Source of the DNA: an uncultured delta proteobacterium
GTDB taxonomy: Bacteria > Desulfobacterota > Binatia > HRBIN30 > BPIQ01
Assembly (NCBI GenBank): GCA_963761335.1
Contig: CAVXGR010000012.1
Location: forward strand, 352,001-416,000
DNA length: 64,000 bases
Reading direction: 5' to 3'
Position 1 is the stretch's first letter. Every line of letters begins with the position of its first letter. A program made the translations under genes and the position numbers. This document shows, one piece after another, positions 57,716-64,000 of this stretch. Under the pieces are notes generated by a model. The model worked only from the letters and a program-made list of their open reading frames with translations, searched no databases and was not told the origin of the DNA.

Positions 57716-58560
57716 TGGCGCCGCGGCCGCAGCGCAGCACATCGGCCGCTGGAGGCGTGCGGCGACAGCTCGATCAGCTCGGTCACCGCCCCCGCAAGCG
57801 ACTCGGGCAGCACTTTCTTTCCGATACCGTCACCGCCGAGCAAATCGTGGCGCTCGCCGGGCCCCCGGCGGGGGAGACCATCGTCGAGATCGGCCCGGGC
57901 CTCGGCGTCCTCAGCGAGCTGCTCGCCGCAGGCGCCGGGAAGCTCTTCCTGGTCGAGCTCGACCGCGGCCTCGCCGAGCATCTGCGGCAACGCTACGCCG
58001 CCGCGGCGAACGTCGAGGTCGTCGCCGCCGACGCTCTGCGTGTCGATTTCAACGACCTGCTGCGCGGCCGGGTGCCCGCAGTCGCGGTCGGCAACTTGCC
58101 CTACAACGTCGCCACGGCCATCCTGACCCACCTGCTCGAGCAACCGCACTGCTTCCGCCGACTGGTCCTCATGCTGCAGCGCGAGGTGGCCGACAGGTTG
58201 ATCGCGTCTCCCGGCACCCACGCCTACGGGGTGCTTGGGATCCTGACACAGGTCCACGCCGATGTCCGCATCGCCTTTGCGGTCGGCCCCGAGGCCTTCG
58301 TGCCGCCGCCGCAGGTCGAGTCGGCGGTCGTGGTCGTCGACGTCCTGGAGTCGCCGCGCGTACCCCCGGAGCACCTCGAGCGCTTCCGCACCATCGTCCG
58401 CAGTATGTTCCGCTACCGGCGCAAACAGCTCGGCAATGCGGCGCGCGGCATCTTCGCCGACGCTCACGCGGTGCTTCGCGCCGCCGACATCGACCCGAGA
58501 CGACGTCCGGAGACGCTGTCGCTCGCCGAGATCGCCCGGCTGGCGCGGGAGAGCGACTGA
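57715..58560 (+). CDS. rsmA: 16S rRNA m6,2A dimethyltransferase
   Basis: KRLGQHFL, EIGPGLG, GNLPYNV, MLQREVA, FVPPPQVES. Confidence 0.95.
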   Translation: MAPRPQRSTSAAGGVRRQLDQLGHRPRKRLGQHFLSDTVTAEQIVALAGPPAGETIVEIGPGLGVLSELLAAGAGKLFLVELDRGLAEHLRQRYAAAANVEVVAADALRVDFNDLLRGRVPAVAVGNLPYNVATAILTHLLEQPHCFRRLVLMLQREVADRLIASPGTHAYGVLGILTQVHADVRIAFAVGPEAFVPPPQVESAVVVVDVLESPRVPPEHLERFRTIVRSMFRYRRKQLGNAARGIFADAHAVLRAADIDPRRRPETLSLAEIARLARESD

Positions 58561-59363
58561 TGCCCGAGCTGCCGGAGGTGGAGACCGTCCGCCGCACGCT
58601 CATGCCGCACGTCGTCGGCCGGCAGGTTCGCGCGGTGGTCATCCGCGAGCACCGCCTGCGGCGCCACATCGACCGCCGCTTCGCCCGCGATCTCACCGGG
58701 CGGACCATCGGCGGCATTCGCCGGGTGGGGAAATATCTCCTCTTCGATCTCGACGGCGGCTTCACCTGGATCGTCCATCTGGGGATGACGGGATGTCTCG
58801 CCGTCGGCCAGGGGCCGGAGGGACCGCACACACACGTCGGCATCGCTCTCTCCGACGGCACGGTGCTGAGCTACCACGACCCGCGTCGATTCGGGCTCAT
58901 GCGGCTCGTCTCCGAGCTTCCCGACGAGGTCACCTCCCTCGGGGTCGACCCGCTCGGCGAGGCATTCACCGCGGAGCAACTCCGCTGCCAGTGCCGCGGG
59001 CGGAAGCGTCCGATCAAGACGTTGCTCATGGATCAGCGTATCGTCGCCGGCATCGGCAACATCTACGCCAGCGAGATCCTGCACCGCGCCGGGGTGCGCC
59101 CGTCGCGGCGCAGCGGCCGCCTCACCCGCCGCGAGACCGAAGCCATCTACGCCGCCACGCGCCAGGTGCTCGGCGAGGCAATCGCCGTGGGCGGCAGCTC
59201 GGTCTCGGACTACCGCGACGGCGAGGGGCAGGCCGGGAGCTTTCAGCTGCAGCTGCGCGTTTACGACCGCGGCGGAGAGCCGTGCGGCGCCTGCGGAGCG
59301 CTCATCCGCGAGAAGGCGCTGGCCGGACGGAGCAGCTTCTACTGCCCGCATTGCCAGCCATGA
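58560..59363 (+). CDS. mutM: Formamidopyrimidine-DNA glycosylase
   Basis: MPELPEVET, HLGMTG, DPRRFG, GIGNIYASE, C-terminal zinc finger. Confidence 0.96.
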   Translation: MPELPEVETVRRTLMPHVVGRQVRAVVIREHRLRRHIDRRFARDLTGRTIGGIRRVGKYLLFDLDGGFTWIVHLGMTGCLAVGQGPEGPHTHVGIALSDGTVLSYHDPRRFGLMRLVSELPDEVTSLGVDPLGEAFTAEQLRCQCRGRKRPIKTLLMDQRIVAGIGNIYASEILHRAGVRPSRRSGRLTRRETEAIYAATRQVLGEAIAVGGSSVSDYRDGEGQAGSFQLQLRVYDRGGEPCGACGALIREKALAGRSSFYCPHCQP

Positions 59364-60288
59364 GAGTCAGGGCGTGGATCACGCGCTCCGCCGGGAGACG
59401 GTGGGTACAGAAGCGATCCGGCGGACAGGCGCCGCAGTTTCCACTCGCTTGCAGAACTTCCATCCGCGGCGCGCGCGGCGCCCAGGCGCCCGCCTGCGAG
59501 GCGGGGCCGAACAGCGCCAGACCCGGCGTGCCCACGGCCGCAGCCAGGTGACTGATGCCGGAGTCGTTGCCGAGATAGCACGGGGCTCGGCGCAGCAGCG
59601 CCGCCACTCGCCCGAGGCGCTCCCGCACGACAACCGCGGCGCCGACACTGCCCCCCCGCCCTTCCGCCGGGCCGGCGAGCTCGACAGCGATGCCGCCCGC
59701 GGATTGCCACCACTCGACCACCTCGGCACAGCCGTCCCAGTTCTTGCGAGCGGCGCCGCTGCCGGGATGAATGACCAGAAATCGACGGCCGGCGGCACCG
59801 AGCTGCCCGCCCAGGTGCTCGGCCCAGCGCTCGTCGTCTTCACTCGTCCACACCGCCGCCGGCGCGGGACACACACCGGCACAGCGCGCGTAGTAGTCGG
59901 TAGCGTGCTCGCCCGGAGCCAAGGCGCGAAAGGCATGCGTCTCGACGCGGGACGCGCCGCTCAGACGGCGCAGAGCCGCGGCGAAGCCGGGATCGCCATG
60001 GCCGCTCCACGACAGCACGGCGGTGAACCCCGCCAGCAGTCGGCGCGCCTCTTCGCCATCGCCCGGGGCGAAGAGCTGGGCGACGGCACGTCCGTCGATC
60101 GAATGAGGCTCGAAGTCGCGAGAGTCGATGAGCTCCAGCCATCCCGGCTGCGCCAGCACCGCGACCCGCCCCGCGGCCTCGCGCCTCAGGGCGGCTAGAG
60201 TGGGCAGAAAGCAGAGAAAATCCCCGAGCCCGCCCGGAAATATGACGAGCAGGTTGGGGCGTGGCCCGGCAAATTGACTTGGTATCAT
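59302..60288 (-). CDS. Glycosyltransferase family 9 (heptosyltransferase-like)
   Basis: GGLGD, IHPGSG..KNW, GNDSGISHLAAAVG, LFGP, WAP. Confidence 0.85.
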   Translation of the reverse strand: MIPSQFAGPRPNLLVIFPGGLGDFLCFLPTLAALRREAAGRVAVLAQPGWLELIDSRDFEPHSIDGRAVAQLFAPGDGEEARRLLAGFTAVLSWSGHGDPGFAAALRRLSGASRVETHAFRALAPGEHATDYYARCAGVCPAPAAVWTSEDDERWAEHLGGQLGAAGRRFLVIHPGSGAARKNWDGCAEVVEWWQSAGGIAVELAGPAEGRGGSVGAAVVVRERLGRVAALLRRAPCYLGNDSGISHLAAAVGTPGLALFGPASQAGAWAPRAPRMEVLQASGNCGACPPDRFCTHRLPAERVIHALTLMAGNAGSRSCSVRPAPSRG

Positions 60289-60328
60289 GCCGCCGATATT
60301 GTCCAAGCCACACCAGTAGTCGTCAACC

Positions 60329-61261
60329 ATGCGCGCCCGAGTTGCCGAGAACGCCCTCGACCTGATCGGCAGAACCCCCGCCGTCAAGCTGAACCGCATG
60401 GGCGGAAGCGACTGCGCCGACGTCTGGGGAAAGCTCGAGAGCTTCAATCCGGGCGGCAGCGTCAAGGATCGAATCTGCCTGAGCATGATCGAGGCCGCCG
60501 AGGGCGAGGGGCGGCTGAAGCCTGGCGACACCATCATCGAGCCGACCAGCGGCAACACCGGTATCGGCCTGGCGCTGGTGGCTGCCGTCAAGGGCTACAA
60601 GTTGATCCTGACGATGCCCGACACCATGAGCGAGGAACGCCGCAGCCTGTTGATGGCCTACGGCGCCGAGCTCATTCTCACCCCCGACACCAAGGGCATG
60701 GGAGGAGCGATCCGCAAGGCCGAAGAGCTGCTGGCGGAGAACCCCAACTACTTCATGCCGCAGCAGTTCAACAACCCGGCCAATCCCGATGCCCACCGGC
60801 GGGGGACGGCGATGGAGCTCCTGGAGCAGTTCCCGCGAATCGACGCCTTCGTCGCCGGGGTCGGCACCGGAGGCACGATCACTGGAGTGGGAGAGGTTCT
60901 TCGCCGGCGCATGCCCAACGTCCGCATCGTCGCCGTCGAGCCCGACTCCTCCCCGGTGCTCTCCGGAGGCGAGCCCGGCTTCCACAAGATCCAGGGGATT
61001 GGCGCCGGCTTCGTCCCCGAGATCCTGGACATGGACGTCTGCGACGAGGTGATCACCATCTCCGACGAGGACGCCGCGGAGTACACCCGCCGGCTGGCCC
61101 GCGAGGAGGGCCTACTGCTCGGCATCTCCTCCGGAGCGAACGCCTGCGGCGCCTTGCGGGTGGCCCGCGATCTCGGCCCCGGAAAGACGGTGGTGACCGT
61201 GTTCTGCGATACGGGAGAGCGCTACCTCACCACCGACCTCTTCGAGGGCGAGGGGATCTGA
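60329..61261 (+). CDS. cysK: Cysteine synthase A
   Basis: [46 protein letters not shown]. Confidence 0.96.
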   Translation: MRARVAENALDLIGRTPAVKLNRMGGSDCADVWGKLESFNPGGSVKDRICLSMIEAAEGEGRLKPGDTIIEPTSGNTGIGLALVAAVKGYKLILTMPDTMSEERRSLLMAYGAELILTPDTKGMGGAIRKAEELLAENPNYFMPQQFNNPANPDAHRRGTAMELLEQFPRIDAFVAGVGTGGTITGVGEVLRRRMPNVRIVAVEPDSSPVLSGGEPGFHKIQGIGAGFVPEILDMDVCDEVITISDEDAAEYTRRLAREEGLLLGISSGANACGALRVARDLGPGKTVVTVFCDTGERYLTTDLFEGEGI

Positions 61262-61262
61262 G

Positions 61263-62108
61263 GTGTCGGACAAGCTCGAGAGTTTGCGCGCCCAGCTGGC
61301 GGATCTCGACCGTGTCCTCATCGCCTACTCGGGAGGAGTCGACTCCTCGTTCCTGCTCCGGGTCGCCTGCGAGCAGCTCCAGGGGCGGGTAACGGCGTTG
61401 ACGGTGCAGAGCCCCACGGCCGCCGAGCGCGAGCTCGCCGACGCCGCCGCCGTCACCGCGGCGCTCGGGGTCGAGCACCTGGTGATTCCCTCCAACGAGC
61501 TGGAGATCCCCGGCTACGCCGAGAACCCCATCGACCGCTGCTTCCTCTGCAAGGGCAATCTCTACGAGATCTGCGGCGCCGCGGCAGAGCAGCGGCAGAT
61601 CGGCGCGATCATGGATGGGGTGAACCTCGACGATCTCGGCGACTACCGTCCGGGCCTGCGCGCCGCCGCGGCGCGGGGCATCCGGCACCCGCTCGCCGAT
61701 GCCCGGATGACCAAGGAAGACATCCGCCGGCACAGCCGCGAGCTCGGCCTGCCGACGTGGGACAAGCCGGCCAGCCCATGCCTCTCGTCGCGCTTTCCCT
61801 ACGGCACGCGCATCACCCTCGAGCGGCTGTCGCAGATCGGCGAGGCCGAACGCCTTCTCCAGCGTCTGGGATTCCGACAGTGCCGGGTGCGCTACCACGA
61901 GCAGGTCGCCCGCATCGAGGTCCCGCCCGCCGAGATGGCACGTCTCCTCGCCGACGACGTCCGCGCCGAGATCACCGCCGTCCTCAAGCGACTCGGCTTC
62001 GCCTACGTCACCCTCGATCTGCAGGGCTTCCGCAGCGGCAGCCTCAACGAGGTTCTGCGCTCCGCCGCACCCACCACTCCGCCCATTCCAGATCCTCCGG
62101 AGTCGTGA
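61263..62108 (+). CDS. larE: ATP-dependent sulfur transferase, LarE family
   Basis: PP-loop SGGVDS, RCFLCK, DDLGDYRPG, KPASPCLSSRFPYG, GFRSGSLN. Confidence 0.9.
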   Translation: MSDKLESLRAQLADLDRVLIAYSGGVDSSFLLRVACEQLQGRVTALTVQSPTAAERELADAAAVTAALGVEHLVIPSNELEIPGYAENPIDRCFLCKGNLYEICGAAAEQRQIGAIMDGVNLDDLGDYRPGLRAAAARGIRHPLADARMTKEDIRRHSRELGLPTWDKPASPCLSSRFPYGTRITLERLSQIGEAERLLQRLGFRQCRVRYHEQVARIEVPPAEMARLLADDVRAEITAVLKRLGFAYVTLDLQGFRSGSLNEVLRSAAPTTPPIPDPPES

Positions 62109-62742
62109 TCTTCACATTGGCGGCCTCTCCTGGAACGACCCAGACGCGGGTCCCATAGCTTTCCAGCAGAGCGGCGTCATCGGTGGCGACGACGCCGTCA
62201 CGCAGAGCCCGAGCGTGGGCCTCGCGGAGCAGATCGGCGCGAAAGGCCTGCGGTGTCTGCACCAGCCAGAGTCGGTGGCGCTCCAGAGTGCGTGCCACGG
62301 CACCGTCCGCGCCGACCTCCTTCACGGTATCGCGAGCCGGGAGGGCGGCGATCACCGCTCCCTTTTCGGCGGCGACCCGCAGGCATTCACCAACCAGAGC
62401 GGCGCTGGCGAAGGGACGTGCCGCGTCGTGTACGAGAATGACGTCGCAGGTCGCCGAGATCGCCTCCAGGCCGGCGCGAACCGAGTCCTGTCGCTCCCGC
62501 CCTCCGACGACGCTCAGACAGCGCCGCTTGGCGCCGCGCACCGCATCGAGGATCCGCTCCGCATGGGCGCTGCGATCGGCCGGCACCACAGCGACGATCT
62601 CGGCGATCTCCGGGTGCGCGGCGAGGGGCACCAGGGCGTGCGCCAGGAGGGAGCGGCCAGCGAGCGCAATGAAGGCTTTCGGCACGCCCGCGGCGAGGCG
62701 CTCGCCGCGGCCAGCAGCGACGACGATCGCGGCCGCATTCAT
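62044..62742 (-). CDS. ispD: 2-C-methyl-D-erythritol 4-phosphate cytidylyltransferase
   Basis: AAGRGER..PK, GGRERQDSV, VHDAARPF, QTPQAF, TDDA, KITTPEDL. Confidence 0.95.
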   Translation of the reverse strand: MNAAAIVVAAGRGERLAAGVPKAFIALAGRSLLAHALVPLAAHPEIAEIVAVVPADRSAHAERILDAVRGAKRRCLSVVGGRERQDSVRAGLEAISATCDVILVHDAARPFASAALVGECLRVAAEKGAVIAALPARDTVKEVGADGAVARTLERHRLWLVQTPQAFRADLLREAHARALRDGVVATDDAALLESYGTRVWVVPGEAANVKITTPEDLEWAEWWVRRSAEPR

Positions 62743-62755
62743 CGCGCCGACCGCC

Positions 62756-62797
62756 GAAAAAGAAGAGGCCGGCTGGGGAGCTCCCCAGCCGGCCTCT
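62756..62797 (-). terminator. Rho-independent terminator downstream of carD
   Basis: Perfect 34-bp palindrome agaggccggctggggagctccccagccggcctct followed by TCTTTTT on the minus strand. Confidence 0.75.
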
Positions 62798-62829
62798 CGG
62801 AAAAGACACCCTCCGACCGCAAGATCGCG

Positions 62830-63312
62830 TCAGTGAGCGAAGATCTGCTTGAGCTCGTCCATGATCTTCTCTTCCGGATGGGAACGGGCGATGGAGAGCT
62901 CCTTGACGAGCAGGTTGCGAGCCGTGTCGAGCATCTTGCGCTCGCCGAAAGACAGCTCCTTGTCCCCTTTCAGCACAAACAGATCGCGCAGTACCTTGGC
63001 GATCTCCAGCACGGAACCAGTCTTGATCTTCTCCGTGTACTCGCGATAGCGGCGATTCCAGGTCTGCTGGTCGACCTCGACCTTCTTGTCGCGCAGGATC
63101 TTGTAGACTTTGGAGACCATGTCCTTACCGATCACGCGGCGCAGACCGACCTGGGCCACGTTCTCGGTGGGGATCATGATCGTCATGTCGCTGTCGAGAA
63201 TCCGCAGCATGTAGAAGTTCTTCTGCGTCCCGGAAATGACCTTGGTCTGCAGACTCTCGATGACACCTACGCCATGGGCCGGATAGACAACCTTCTCGCC
63301 GACTTTGAACAT
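62830..63312 (-). CDS. carD: CarD/CdnL family transcriptional regulator
   Basis: FKVGEKVVYPAHGVG, WNRRYR, LSFGERKML. Confidence 0.95.
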   Translation of the reverse strand: MFKVGEKVVYPAHGVGVIESLQTKVISGTQKNFYMLRILDSDMTIMIPTENVAQVGLRRVIGKDMVSKVYKILRDKKVEVDQQTWNRRYREYTEKIKTGSVLEIAKVLRDLFVLKGDKELSFGERKMLDTARNLLVKELSIARSHPEEKIMDELKQIFAH

Positions 63313-63380
63313 GAATGAATGCCCCCTTTTCCCGGAAATATCCAATTATACCGCCGTGGCTGAATTTGCGCAAACCACGT

Positions 63381-63857
63381 TCACCGGGAAGGCTCCCAAA
63401 CCATGATGACGGCATCCTCGCGACGCCCGTAATAATTTCGCCGAACCCCGCACTCGCTGAACCCCATGGCGCGATAAAGACATCGACCTGCGGAGTTATC
63501 GCGCCGCACCTCAAGTAGAACCTTAGAAACGCCCCGCTCCTGCGCCTCATCGATGACGCGCTCGACCAGTGCCCGGCCGAGCCCGATCCGCCGGCGATCC
63601 GGGTGTACGGCGAGGTTGAGGATCTGGATCTCGTCGCCGACGAGCCAGCGGCAGATGTAGCCGATCAGGTGCTCGCCCTCTCCGTCCTGGACCCAGGCTG
63701 CGGTGACCAGGGAGAACGGCACCCGCAGCTCGTGGAGGAACAGCCCCTGACTCCACGGCGAGGAGAAGCAGGCGCGCTCGACCTCCATGACCGCGGCGAT
63801 GTCTTCGGGTCGAACTGCCGCGAAGCGGACCCTGTCCGCAACCGCTGCCTCGCCCAC
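63381..63857 (-). CDS. rimI: Ribosomal protein S18 alanine N-acetyltransferase
   Basis: FSSPWS, NLAVHP..RRIG.G, LEVR..N, G.RRNYY..EDA. Confidence 0.9.
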   Translation of the reverse strand: MGEAAVADRVRFAAVRPEDIAAVMEVERACFSSPWSQGLFLHELRVPFSLVTAAWVQDGEGEHLIGYICRWLVGDEIQILNLAVHPDRRRIGLGRALVERVIDEAQERGVSKVLLEVRRDNSAGRCLYRAMGFSECGVRRNYYGRREDAVIMVWEPSR

Positions 63858-63863
63858 GGCAGG

Positions 63864-64000
63864 TCAGCTGGCGCGCAGCAGAACGGCCTCGAGAACCTTG
63901 TTCTCGTAGCGGTGCCGGAAACCGCTCACCGGCCGCGCCAGCTGGATCTTCTTGGTGAAGTCCGGGGGAAAGGCCGGTGAAACAGCCGCCGCCTTGCGCA
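63864..64000 (-). CDS. C-terminal fragment of an unidentified protein (runs off the window edge)
   Basis: RKAAAVSPAFPPDFTKKIQLARPVSGFRHRYENKVLEAVLLRAS*, ending 6 nt before the rimI start. Confidence 0.5.
   Translation of the reverse strand, partial: RKAAAVSPAFPPDFTKKIQLARPVSGFRHRYENKVLEAVLLRAS

Overview
High-GC bacterial chromosomal window with about 57 CDS and no rRNA, tRNA, CRISPR array, integrase or transposase that I can recognise. Gene content suggests a deltaproteobacterial-type diderm, possibly Candidatus Binatia (inference only). The right third is housekeeping and envelope genes: purU, mltD, htpX-DUF1844-degQ-PBP1B-TPR lipoprotein-tsaD-rsmA-mutM, cysK-larE, ispD, carD, rimI. The left and middle parts are more accessory: an atuA/enoyl-CoA hydratase/carboxyltransferase operon; a nucleotidyltransferase-TPM-LemA operon; a decayed adenylate cyclase/AAA/TPR gene followed by a lipase; and an esterase/kappa-GST/molybdoenzyme operon divergent from an HxlR regulator. 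Alanine dehydrogenase is bracketed by nested inverted repeats (about 405 bp imperfect plus 42 bp perfect). The 27.6-43.4 kb region is an extracellular/envelope block: dockerin-like proteins with Thr/Pro linkers (one of about 1,520 aa, split by a frameshift), OmpA, a CxxCH-bearing outer-membrane beta-barrel with Cyc2-like architecture, and a lipoprotein with two CxxxxCH motifs. The best candidates for undescribed biology are the heme-porin/CX4CH-lipoprotein module, the dockerin-like surface proteins and the repeat-bounded ald cassette. All family assignments come from motif recognition by eye; no searches were run.
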